A model generated the notes under the pieces. It made no database searches and was not told the origin of the DNA. It worked only from the letters and a program-made list of their open reading frames with translations. 64,000 bases of DNA from Candidatus Latescibacterota bacterium. GTDB lineage: Bacteria; Latescibacterota; UBA2968; UBA8231. This document shows positions 19,376 through 28,585 of the stretch, piece after piece; position 1 is the first letter of the stretch, and each line of letters starts with the position of its first letter. Location: NCBI GenBank assembly GCA_965223905.1, contig CBDCXV010000001.1, forward strand, positions 32,001 to 96,000, read 5' to 3'. A program made the translations under genes and the position numbers.

Positions 19376-19761
19376 AGGTCCTGCTCGACACCAACGCGTT
19401 GAGTGCCCTGTGGCACGGCGACGAGCGCATACTCGAAGCCCTCGATCAGGCCGAGCAGGTTCTCCTGTCCGTTATCGTTTTGGGTGAACTGCACGCCGGC
19501 TTCAGGGGCAGCAGCCGGCTGGTTGAAAACCGGGCCCGCCTGAACGACTTCCTTGGCAAGCCTCTTGTCGAGACCCTCGAGGTATCCGCAGAGACGTCCG
19601 AAGTCTATGGCCAGATCAAAGATTCTTTGCGCAAGGCAGGTAATCCGATTCCCATCAACGACGTTTGGCTGTCCGCCCAAGCGATAGAGATCGGGGCTGT
19701 TCTGGTTACCTTCGACGAACACTTTCGCCATGTTGCAGGTCTGCGGCGATGGGAGTTCTGA
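19372..19761 (+). CDS. vapC: PIN-domain toxin VapC
   Basis: LLDTNA, VLGELHAG, PIPINDVW, LVTFDEHF. Confidence 0.93.
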   Translation: MKVLLDTNALSALWHGDERILEALDQAEQVLLSVIVLGELHAGFRGSSRLVENRARLNDFLGKPLVETLEVSAETSEVYGQIKDSLRKAGNPIPINDVWLSAQAIEIGAVLVTFDEHFRHVAGLRRWEF

Positions 19762-19939
19762 TTCGAATCGGCAATCGACTGGACGCAGGGACGCCCCCGC
19801 GAGTGAGCGTTGATTGACGTGAGTTCAGGCGACGATGCGACCCCGGCGACGGAAACTCCTCGCGCCGAGCCGGGCCCTCAGCCTACCCCCTGGCCAGCTA
19901 GCCGATCACCCGGGCAACTGACAGCGAAAGAAACCTGAG

Positions 19940-21016
19940 ATGAATCGCAAAGACACCGATACAGACTGGTTTTCAGTCGAACCCCCTGAGCCGCCCAACC
20001 AGGGGATCATGTTCGTGAATCATGCCAGGGCCGGCCGCAGCGGTCACCTGGGCCATGCCCTGGTCGAGTACGCGCCGGGCAGGATACTGGCCTTCTACGC
20101 CAACTGCTCCGATTTCCAGAAGGGCCACAGCGGCGATGGCTGGATGGAATTCAAGCGCTCCGAGGACGGCGGACGCACCTGGAGCGAGCCGGCCGTTCTC
20201 GAATACTCAAGGCAGACCTACGACCAGGGGGTCGGGCACTCGGTCATGTGCGAAAAGGCGCTGCGGGCGGACGACGGAGCGATTCTCCTGTTCAACCTGG
20301 AGTGCCGCGGCAAGGGCTGGCAGCCGCTGGCGCTTCCGACCTGTCTGCGCAGCACCGATTGCGGTTCCACCTGGGATCCGGCAGGACCCATCGGCGATGA
20401 GCCCGCGCGCATCTGGGATGCAGTTCTTCACGAAGCCTGCATTCTCGTCCTGGAGTTATGCAACGACAGCGCTGTCCATTGGTACGGCAACCTGCCGGAG
20501 CACCATTACGCTCTCCATGTCAGCCAGGACAATGGTCTCACCTTCTCCCGACGCAGCGTCCTTCCCTTCGACGTTCAGGGACGCGGCTACGGGACCATGG
20601 CCACTCTGCCCGACGGCAGGCTCATCGCCTATGTCTACAACATCGATGACGAAAAGCATCTCGACTACGTGACCAGCGACGACGGCGGTTGCACGTGGAG
20701 CTCCGTGCAAACCGCCTTCATGGCCAAGAAAATTCGCAACCCGCAGATGGCGGCGTTCAGGGACGGCTTCGTTCTGCACGGCCGCAGTGGCAACAAGGGC
20801 GAGGGGAGGAATCACTTCGTCCTCTATACCTCGCGGGATGGAGAGAATTGGGACGCCGGCCGTTATCTACGCATGGGCGAAGCGGGCGCCGGCGCCTACT
20901 CCAACAACCTGATCGTCAGAAACCCGGACACAGGGCTGCCTGAAGGATTGCTCATCCAGGCTTCTCACGCCTACGAGCAAAAAATGACCAACGTGCTGCA
21001 TTGGTGGTTGCGATAG
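19940..21016 (+). CDS. Sialidase-family (BNR/Asp-box) protein
   Basis: Five Asp-boxes: SEDGGRTW, STDCGSTW, SQDNGLTF, SDDGGCTW, SRDGENW. Confidence 0.85.
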   Translation: MNRKDTDTDWFSVEPPEPPNQGIMFVNHARAGRSGHLGHALVEYAPGRILAFYANCSDFQKGHSGDGWMEFKRSEDGGRTWSEPAVLEYSRQTYDQGVGHSVMCEKALRADDGAILLFNLECRGKGWQPLALPTCLRSTDCGSTWDPAGPIGDEPARIWDAVLHEACILVLELCNDSAVHWYGNLPEHHYALHVSQDNGLTFSRRSVLPFDVQGRGYGTMATLPDGRLIAYVYNIDDEKHLDYVTSDDGGCTWSSVQTAFMAKKIRNPQMAAFRDGFVLHGRSGNKGEGRNHFVLYTSRDGENWDAGRYLRMGEAGAGAYSNNLIVRNPDTGLPEGLLIQASHAYEQKMTNVLHWWLR

Positions 21017-21056
21017 TGGCTCTCGTGTGCGCGGCAGTCGCCCCGAGCCCCGGCGT

Positions 21057-21821
21057 CTAGCCCGCCGGCCGTACTCGTGACCGCTGCTCCTCGGTCATGT
21101 CGTCCGCCACTTCGGGGCCGTGGGTTCCGAAGCTCATGAAGCCCGGGGTGTATCGATAGATCAGAGCGCGGCGCTGATGTTCGCCGTTCCACTTCAGGGT
21201 GCCGTGGGTGCAGGCCTCGACGAAGATCACGGCATCGCCCGCCCGGACGTGAATCTCCTTGACCAGCTCCTGGTGTGCTTCGTAGAACTGCAGCGCCTGC
21301 GGCAGGGGGTAATTCGACTTGTGGCCGCCGGGGACGATCGCCAGGCCCCCGTCGCCGGGTCCCTCGTCAGACAGCATGAACTCCACGACGGTCATGCCGC
21401 AGTAGATCTTGCCGTGTTTCCACATGTAGGTCTGGGTGAAGTCGGGCCGCTCAACGCCGCCGCCGTGCAGGTAGTGGCCGGCACATCCGGTCTCAATTGT
21501 CACCAGGTCGGGCCCGACGTTGATGCGCCAGCCGCTTCCGAGGATTTCGGTCAGGTAGGAACTGACGCGCGGGTGCACGAGCAGTTCGCGGAAGGGTTCG
21601 CACCAGGGGGCGTCCCAGGTGAGCATGCCGGACATCCAATGCTGCCGAACCTCGCTCGCCAGCACCTGCGAGTCGCCTTCCAACCGCCGTTCGTGGGGCT
21701 CGAGCTGATCGGCGTGATGATCTATGGCCCGGTTGCACCGCGCCACCTGGTCCGGCGACATCACTTCCGGAAGCACGAGGTAACCGTTCAGGTCGAAGAC
21801 GTACTTCGCGTCGTCGTTCAC
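21057..21821 (-). CDS. Phytanoyl-CoA dioxygenase (PhyH) family protein
   Basis: YVFDLNGYLVL, LHGG, GGLAIVPGGHKSN, AGDAVIFVEACTHGT. GTG start overlaps the upstream TGA. Confidence 0.88.
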   Translation of the reverse strand: MNDDAKYVFDLNGYLVLPEVMSPDQVARCNRAIDHHADQLEPHERRLEGDSQVLASEVRQHWMSGMLTWDAPWCEPFRELLVHPRVSSYLTEILGSGWRINVGPDLVTIETGCAGHYLHGGGVERPDFTQTYMWKHGKIYCGMTVVEFMLSDEGPGDGGLAIVPGGHKSNYPLPQALQFYEAHQELVKEIHVRAGDAVIFVEACTHGTLKWNGEHQRRALIYRYTPGFMSFGTHGPEVADDMTEEQRSRVRPAG

Positions 21822-22507
21822 TGTCCGCTCCATTCAACTTCGCGCCTTTTTTCCAACCGGCTCGAGACTTCCTTTTCCACATCCTCGTGATCTATCTTGC
21901 CCACCCACTGAGCTACGATCTGACCGTCCCGGTCGAGAAGAAACATTGCAGGAATCGCTTTCACCTTGAACTGATGCCAGGCGGGCGTCTGTTTCGCGTC
22001 AACGAAGATGGGGTATGTAATGTCCATTTTTTCCACCATCTTCTTGATCTTCCTGCCCCGGTCCTTGTCTTCATCTATGGACACACCCAGAACTTCAACC
22101 CCCTTGTCGGAAAAAGCGCTGTAGAGTTGTTGCAACCGGGGCATGGTCTCGAGACAAGGTTTGCACCAGGTCGCCCAGAAATCCACGAGCACGATTTTGC
22201 CGTTCAAATCTCCCAACGCCTTGTCCCCGCCCTCCAGCGTTTCCACGACGAAGGCTGGTGCGGGTCGAGGAAATACCGGCGGTAAATAGGCCGCGGGATC
22301 CAAGTCAAATTCCATTTTACAATCTTCCGAACAAAAGTAGTACATCTTGCCATCATGTTCCGAATGGCCCTTGACCTTTTCCAACTCCGTCTCCCCGGCC
22401 TTCAATGCACAGACACTGCAAAGAGCCTTGTCGGGAATCTGAGCTTCAGCTGCAAGCGAAACCGAACTTGCCAAAACGATCAGAAATGAAAAATTGCAAA
22501 AACGCAT
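21818..22507 (-). CDS. Exported YHS-domain + TlpA-family thioredoxin-like redoxin
   Basis: Signal peptide; CSVC...YYFCSEDC..EF..DP..Y (YHS/TRASH); then APAF...GKIVLVDFWATWCKPC...IPAMFLLDRDG. Confidence 0.9.
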   Translation of the reverse strand: MRFCNFSFLIVLASSVSLAAEAQIPDKALCSVCALKAGETELEKVKGHSEHDGKMYYFCSEDCKMEFDLDPAAYLPPVFPRPAPAFVVETLEGGDKALGDLNGKIVLVDFWATWCKPCLETMPRLQQLYSAFSDKGVEVLGVSIDEDKDRGRKIKKMVEKMDITYPIFVDAKQTPAWHQFKVKAIPAMFLLDRDGQIVAQWVGKIDHEDVEKEVSSRLEKRREVEWSGQ

Positions 22508-22519
22508 TGGTCCTCCACA

Positions 22520-23185
22520 CTAGAATCCAAGAGAAAGCGAAACACCGATGGTTTCAAGCCACACATACATCAAACTGACGCCGTATTTTGCGGCGAAAAA
22601 ATTCAGCATCACATGCCCCCGGTCGCCATCGTACATCGGTCGAAATGAAAACCCCTTCCCCAACTCGACCCCCACGCCAAAGGGAACATTTATGCCCCCA
22701 TCCCATTCGGAGTAATTCAAACTGCCGTAAAAAGAAGTGCGCAGCCGGGGTATGTATTTACTTACAGTTGCGAAGTAAGACTGCTCGCCCGCCGGCGAAC
22801 CAATTCGATCCGAGCTCGTGCCCAGAAAGAGCGCCGGACGCGTCTCGGTTTCGGTTAACAGAAACAGCGTAAAAAGAGGTCCTGCCTCTCCTGCTTTTGG
22901 ATTCAGCTCAACCCCGACTTGCAGGCGATGATGCAGGCTGTAATTGGCCGTAAACCGCCACTGCGGACGGTCCATCGACGTATCTACATACCGCCCCGAA
23001 AATGCATATTTCGTATGAATGCCACTCCCCCGGAGCGGTGCGCCTTCGCCAGGTCAGCCCACTCAGGTAGGCGTCATCGAAAACGTCGGCCGTTCACTCC
23101 GCGTAGAATCCGTTTGCGTTTCCTGGGCAAAAACAGGTGAGGTGCCCAGGTATATGGTCAAAAGAAAAAGAGGAAAGTTCATCAT
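22520..23185 (-). CDS. Candidate di-selenoprotein (UxxU) outer-membrane beta-barrel-like protein, 221 aa
   Basis: Signal peptide MMNFPLFLL...VFA|QE, then ...MTPT-TGA(23065-63)-V-G-TGA(23056-54)-PGEG..., continuing in frame without further stops into ORF 22520..22975. That part has alternating beta-strand pattern and a C-terminal Phe (..GVSLSLGF). Confidence 0.7.
23022..23038 (-). promoter_or_regulatory. Candidate bacterial SECIS hairpin
   Basis: mRNA CCGCUCC-GGG-GGAGUGG (7 bp including one G-U pair, G-initiated loop). The loop begins 22 nt after the second UGA and 31 nt after the first. Confidence 0.5.
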
Positions 23186-23599
23186 CGTGTTCCGTCTGCA
23201 TAGAATGAAGGGTCTATGCATACAAAAAACGTCTCCCGACCCATCACCGCAAACCCTGTGCAACGACCCGCACCTTGCGCGCCCGGCTGCGATCCCGGCC
23301 ACTTCGCCTTCAGATGAATGGGTGCAACGCGGAAAATTGCAACGGCGGTCGGAATTTACCTGGCCAATGCCTCCCGACCGCGATGGAGAGCGCCAAACCC
23401 AGGGCTTTCTGGCTTCCACCCACCGCGCCGGAACCGGTGGACCAGCCCGGCTTCCAGAAGGTACATTCGCACTACCGGGGCAACGAGATGCCGGCCCGAT
23501 TACGGAGTGGATGACTTCGTCGAGAGCTGAGTGATCCGGCGCCTCGCAACCCAACGCAGCGAACATCCCCCCTGCATCGGTAATGCAAAGGAGTGGACT

Positions 23600-23920
23600 A
23601 TGTATTCAACTGGACAGACGTACCAGCTCAAACCCGGCTTCTACGACCAGTACAAGAAAGCCCACGATGAGCTGTGGCCCGAGCTCGCAGAGGCGATGGC
23701 CGCCAAGGGGGTGAACATGGTGATCTACCGGTACGGAGACCGCCTGTTCCTCTACGCCACGGCGCCGTCACGGGAGCATTTCGAGCAGAGTCACGCCGGG
23801 GAAAAAGCCCAGGAATGGCTGGAGTACATGGCGACGATGATGGTCACCGGAGAGGACGGCAAGACCATCGTCGAAGAAATGGAAATGGCCTTTTCGTTCG
23901 GTGCGTTCACGGCTGACTAG
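23600..23920 (+). CDS. L-rhamnose mutarotase family protein
   Basis: LKPG..DQYKKAHDELWPEL, LFLY, EWLEYMA; AAGGAG RBS. Confidence 0.8.
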   Translation: MYSTGQTYQLKPGFYDQYKKAHDELWPELAEAMAAKGVNMVIYRYGDRLFLYATAPSREHFEQSHAGEKAQEWLEYMATMMVTGEDGKTIVEEMEMAFSFGAFTAD

Positions 23921-24210
23921 TCCCTCTGCATGGCGGGATGGGGGACCTCGAACCCCGATGAAAGATCCGGTGCCGAAGGCGCCACGATCCTGGATGCGGG
24001 ACCGAGTTCGTCGCGATCGAATGCATCGGTGAGCTGCTCCATCCGGGTAGTCCTCAATCTCGGTTGGCACGGCAACACACTCCCTCACTCGGCCTGTATC
24101 GCCAGGACCTGGTCCTGACGTAGCGGAGGAGGTTTGGATTTACCGATATCACCACCCGGGGCGGGCCGGATACCGCTATGACCATCGACTGAACAAAGAG
24201 GAGCAATTCC

Positions 24211-25102
24211 ATGCGTTTGCAAGACAAGGTGGCCCTGATCACCGGGGCGGGCAGTAATATCGGACGGGCCATGGCCCGCTTGTTCGCCCGCGAGGGCGCG
24301 GCGGTAGTGGTCGGCGATACGGACGAGGTCGGAGGCGGCGAAACCGTGCGGCTCATAGAAGCATCCGGAGGTCGGGCATGTTCGGTCGCCGGCGACGTCG
24401 GCACCACGCAGGGGCTGCGTCTGAGCATCGACCGGGCGGTGGAGACCTATGGGCGGCTCGACATATTCCTGAGCAATGCCACTTCCGGGGCCTCGGGCAC
24501 CATTGCCCGGTTCGACAGGGCCGGGGCCGAAAAGCTGTTGATGGTCAACCTCATGGCGCTGATGGAAGGGGCCCACTACTGCCTGCCCCACATGCAGCAG
24601 GCAGGCGGCGGCGCCATTGTCGCCACCTCCTCGGTGCAGGCCCTGGTGGGGGTCCCCGGACATCCTGCCTACGGGGCGGCAAAGGCCGGCATGCTGGGGG
24701 CGGTGCGCAGCATGGCGGTGGAATTGTGGCCCAGCAAGGTGCGAGTCAACGCCGTGTGCCCGGGCAGTGCTTCGGGAAAGACCTGGAACGTGATCGACGA
24801 GTTGGGCGAAGAGTACCTGCCCGAATTCGAGGCGCGCTTTGGCAGGGAGATGCGCCATCTGCCCCTGCCGGTGTCCACCGACCCGATGGCCATTGCCCAG
24901 GCCGCGCTGTTTTTGGCCTCGGACGAAGCCAGCTATATCACCGGCCAGCACCTGTCGGTCGACGCCGGCCTCGCCCTGTTGCACTACAGTGTCTTCCACG
25001 GACCCGAACCGCTCGACACGCCGCAGGCAAAAAGCCGGCGGCAAAGCGAATTGCAAGCGGAATTCGAGGCGTGGTTGGCAGCGAAGAAAGGAAGAACGAT
25101 AA
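24211..25102 (+). CDS. SDR family oxidoreductase (stop codon shifted out of frame by 1 nt)
   Basis: TGAGSNIG, YGAAK, VRVNAVCPG, LASDEASYITG. Removing one A at ~25087 gives ...AKKEER-TAA(25100-25102), abutting the next ATG. Confidence 0.85.
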
Positions 25103-25849
25103 ATGGCGGAGCGGCCCTACGATCCGGTCGTGTGCCGGGTGGAAGCCCTGGCGAGCCGGGACCGAACCGTAGAAACCATCGGGGTGGTCGAGGGCCACCC
25201 GGTTTTCTGCATCCGTGCGGGCTCGCCCCGGCTGCGGGTCCTGCTGACCGGCGGGGTCCACGGCGACGAGCCGGCCGGGGTGGAGGCGGTCCTGGGCTTT
25301 GTCGAAGAGGACATGGACCCCTGGCTCGACCGGGTGGAGTTCACTGCGGTGCCCTGCGTCAATCCCGTGGGGTACGTGCGCGACACCCGCGACAACGGGG
25401 GCGGAGCGGATATCAACCGCTCTTTCGAGAGCACCGATGTGCCCGAAGTGCAACTGGTCAAGAAGTTGCTGGAGGGGAGTCGGCTGGACGCCTTTGTCGA
25501 TTGCCACGAAGACTGGGAGGCCGATGGCTTTTACATGTACGAGGGCCTGCGCCAAGGCTCGGCCATCGGTCCAGCCGTCGTTGCCACAGTTGCAGAGCAT
25601 GCTTCCATCGATCCGGACAGCGGCGAGGACAGTGAGCCCGTGTCCCCGGGCGTGTTCGCGATTTCCCCGTCCTGGGGCCTGGTAGGGCTGGGCCCCTATG
25701 TGTTGCACGGACACGCCTCCCGCGCATGCATCTTTGAAACGCCGACTGAATGGCCGCTGGAAAAACGGGTTGTCGTGCACCGGGTGGGGCTGGACACCGC
25801 CCTGCGCCATTGGACGGGGGAACAGGTGTCTCTACGGACCGAAGAATGA
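25103..25849 (+). CDS. M14-family metallocarboxypeptidase (succinylglutamate desuccinylase/aspartoacylase-like)
   Basis: GGVHGDEPAG, DINRSF, DCHED, IFETP. Confidence 0.85.
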   Translation: MAERPYDPVVCRVEALASRDRTVETIGVVEGHPVFCIRAGSPRLRVLLTGGVHGDEPAGVEAVLGFVEEDMDPWLDRVEFTAVPCVNPVGYVRDTRDNGGGADINRSFESTDVPEVQLVKKLLEGSRLDAFVDCHEDWEADGFYMYEGLRQGSAIGPAVVATVAEHASIDPDSGEDSEPVSPGVFAISPSWGLVGLGPYVLHGHASRACIFETPTEWPLEKRVVVHRVGLDTALRHWTGEQVSLRTEE

Positions 25850-26053
25850 AGCGGCGCGTACTGAACGCCCTACCGGCCGCAGTACAAGGGCAAACCCTCT
25901 GTCCCCGATGAAATCCAGCAGCGCCTCTCGCCGCAGGTCCGGGAATTGATCGCCCCGGCCCACTACACGCACGTCAAGGACATCGTCAAGCAGGACGTAG
26001 TGCGGCTCACTTAGCTTTGGGCCGCTGTCCCTGGCCGCCCACCCCAGCCGCTG

Positions 26054-27223
26054 TCAGGACGGACCGCTCGAATCGCGCGCAACCGGCCGCTGATGGCCCG
26101 TCCGGCTCTCCCGGCTCAGTGTAAGCAGCGCGATTTCGGAAGGGACACCGAGCCGCAGCGGGGGACCCCAGTAGCCGGTGCCTCGATGGACGTAGATCCA
26201 GGTGTCGCGAACCTTGTGCAGGCCGGCGACAAAAGGCTGTTGCAGGGGAATTGCGTACTTCCACGGCACGAACTGGCCGCCGTGGGTATGGCCCGACAGC
26301 TGCAGGTGGCAGCCGGCCTGGCTGGCCGCCTCTATGCTGCGCGGCTGGTGCGCGAGCAGGATGCGCACATCGGCACCGTCGCCGGCGGCAAGGGCCTTGG
26401 CCGGGTCCGACGCATGGCCGGAAACCAGCTCGCCGGCGCTGAAGTCGGTCGTGCCGGCCAAGGCGATCCGCCCGCCGCCACGGTCTATCTGGCGAACCTG
26501 GTTTATCAGCACGTCGAACCCGAGGCGGCGTGCCTGCTCCGTCCAGCCCTCCACGCCCGAGTAGTATTCGTGATTGCCGGTGCAGAAATAGGCCCCCAGC
26601 GGCGCGGTGAGTTCGGCCAGGGCAGCCGTGTGGGGGGCGAGTCGTTCGACGGCCCCGTCGGCGAGGTCGCCGGTGAAGGCGATCAGGTCGGGTTGCAGTT
26701 CGTTGACCCGGGCGACAACGCGCTCGACAAAAGGAGCCTTGATGGTCGGGCCGACGTGGAGATCGCTGATCTGGACGATGCGCAGCCCGACCAGCGCGTC
26801 CGGGAGATTGGCGATAGGGACATCGACCCGCCGGACCGCTGGCGTGCGTCGGGCCTGGTAGTAGCCATACCCCCCTGCAACCACGGCCAGAACGAAGGTC
26901 GCCAGGTCGATGCCGGCGTTGAGCGCGGCGTCGACAGGATGGACCAGGCCCAGGACCAATCCCCCGATATCGCGCAGGACCAGGAGGGTCGAGCAGACGG
27001 TGAAAAAGCCCATGCCGAGGTAGGCCACCCAGGCGAGGGGATCCGTCAGCCAGGCCAGATGCGGACGGGACCGCAGGCGAAATAGCAACAAGGGGGCAAA
27101 CAGCAGGAACACCAGCGCCAGAGAGGCACCGACATGTGCGGACGGAGGGAGATAGGGGATTAGCCGCCAGCCCGCATAGCCGTAAATCGAGCCGAGCAGC
27201 GCCAGGAAAATCAGTACAAACAT
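26054..27223 (-). CDS. Membrane-anchored metallophosphoesterase (YkuE-like)
   Basis: N-terminal TM helices; SDLHVG, TGDLAD, GNHEYY, LAHQP, SGHTHGGQ. Confidence 0.9.
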   Translation of the reverse strand: MFVLIFLALLGSIYGYAGWRLIPYLPPSAHVGASLALVFLLFAPLLLFRLRSRPHLAWLTDPLAWVAYLGMGFFTVCSTLLVLRDIGGLVLGLVHPVDAALNAGIDLATFVLAVVAGGYGYYQARRTPAVRRVDVPIANLPDALVGLRIVQISDLHVGPTIKAPFVERVVARVNELQPDLIAFTGDLADGAVERLAPHTAALAELTAPLGAYFCTGNHEYYSGVEGWTEQARRLGFDVLINQVRQIDRGGGRIALAGTTDFSAGELVSGHASDPAKALAAGDGADVRILLAHQPRSIEAASQAGCHLQLSGHTHGGQFVPWKYAIPLQQPFVAGLHKVRDTWIYVHRGTGYWGPPLRLGVPSEIALLTLSRESRTGHQRPVARDSSGPS

Positions 27224-27449
27224 GCTATATAGTCTCTGCCAAGGAGGAAGTGCGGCTTTTATTCTAGAGGGAATCCAGGACCCTTTCCAAATCGTCAACC
27301 TCTACGAAATGAAAGGTTTGAGCGCGCTTGGCCTTCCTCGCCGAAGAGTGCGAGGCTGCCCCGACCTTGCAGGTCCAATCCCGTGTCCACCAGCGGCCCC
27401 TGCCCTTCACCCAAGTAGCGCGTTGAGCGCTTGGCAAAGAGAATGACAG

Positions 27450-28424
27450 ATGCAGATCGACGCACCCCGGTTTCCAGAGAGATTCCAGCGATACGCGACC
27501 AAGGAATTCGGCAGAGAAGGGGAGGCCTGGCTTGAGGAACTGCCCTCCATTCTCAGGAGGTGCTGCGACAAGTGGGGCCTGACACTCGGCCGGCCGACCG
27601 GGGAGATCAAGGCCAACTATATCGTCTACGTCGTAACGGGAAATGGAGTGGAGGCGGTTCTCAAGGTGGGGGTCCCGCACGGAGATTTCAGCGCGGAGAT
27701 GGAAGCGCTGGCGATCTATGAGGGCCGTGGGATCAACCGGCTCATCGGCTGCGACAAGGCGCTCAACGCCATGCTGCTCGAACGACTGCGTCCGGGCGAG
27801 ATGCTGGATTCTGTTGAGAACGCACGCGAGCAAACCGAGATTGCGGCGGGTATCCTCCAGGACTTGCACACGACCCCGCCGCCGTCGAACCACACACTGC
27901 CTCACTATATGGATTGGATGCGAGGTGCATTCGCGGACGCCAAGAGCTGCAAGGATCCAGAGAGAGCACGGGGCTGTGTCGAGCAGATTCCCCGAGTTGA
28001 GTCCATGATGGGAATCCTGACGGCCCAGGATGAACCGCAGATACTGCTGCACGGCGACCTCCATCACTGGAACATCCTGTCTGACGCGGACCGCGGCTGG
28101 ATGGCAATCGATCCCAAGGGCGTCATCGGTGCCTCGTGTCTCGACGTCGGCCGGTTCATCAACAACGCGATGGGATTCGGAGAGACCGCAGCGGCGAAGC
28201 GGGAAATCCTGCTCGAGGCGGTGACGGTTTTCAGCGACGTGCTGGGGGAAAACGAGGAGCGGATGTTTGCGGGAGCCTTCTGCGACAGGATCATGGGTTC
28301 ATCGTGGGGACTGAAGCAGAAGCCGGATGAGCACGAGGCGAGCTCTCGAGAGGCGCTCGAAGTGATGGTCGAAGTGGCGAGGGATGTGGATGATCGTCAT
28401 CTGAGATCTCGCGCAGTCGCATAG
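27450..28424 (+). CDS. APH(6)/hydroxyurea phosphotransferase family kinase
   Basis: EGEAWLEELP, AVLKVG, MLLERLRPG, LLHGDLHHWNIL, IDPKG. Confidence 0.85.
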   Translation: MQIDAPRFPERFQRYATKEFGREGEAWLEELPSILRRCCDKWGLTLGRPTGEIKANYIVYVVTGNGVEAVLKVGVPHGDFSAEMEALAIYEGRGINRLIGCDKALNAMLLERLRPGEMLDSVENAREQTEIAAGILQDLHTTPPPSNHTLPHYMDWMRGAFADAKSCKDPERARGCVEQIPRVESMMGILTAQDEPQILLHGDLHHWNILSDADRGWMAIDPKGVIGASCLDVGRFINNAMGFGETAAAKREILLEAVTVFSDVLGENEERMFAGAFCDRIMGSSWGLKQKPDEHEASSREALEVMVEVARDVDDRHLRSRAVA

Positions 28425-28585
28425 ACGGCGAGACAGAAGCGCAGATCCAGGATCTCTTTCCACCTCGGAAAACGTCCATATGCGCTTGCACACCAAGTCA
28501 CCCGCGTGGCCCCTGCTTGCACAGATGCCACGCGCGTCCTGCATGGCGGGTCGGGTAATCGAGGCGGACTTGCTCCTGCAGCCCC

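Noticed and set aside
23054-23065. Genome-wide UGA reassignment (Trp/Gly) as the explanation for in-frame TGAs
   Set aside because: Many genes here end in TGA at the expected position, often in ATGA/GTGA overlaps, so TGA is a normal stop.
24211-25635. 474-aa SDR with long C-terminal extension
   Set aside because: The extension is low-complexity off-frame translation over the M14 peptidase gene.
27450-28424. Acquired streptomycin resistance gene (strB)
   Set aside because: Family-level motifs only; no strA partner or mobile context, so resistance cannot be claimed.
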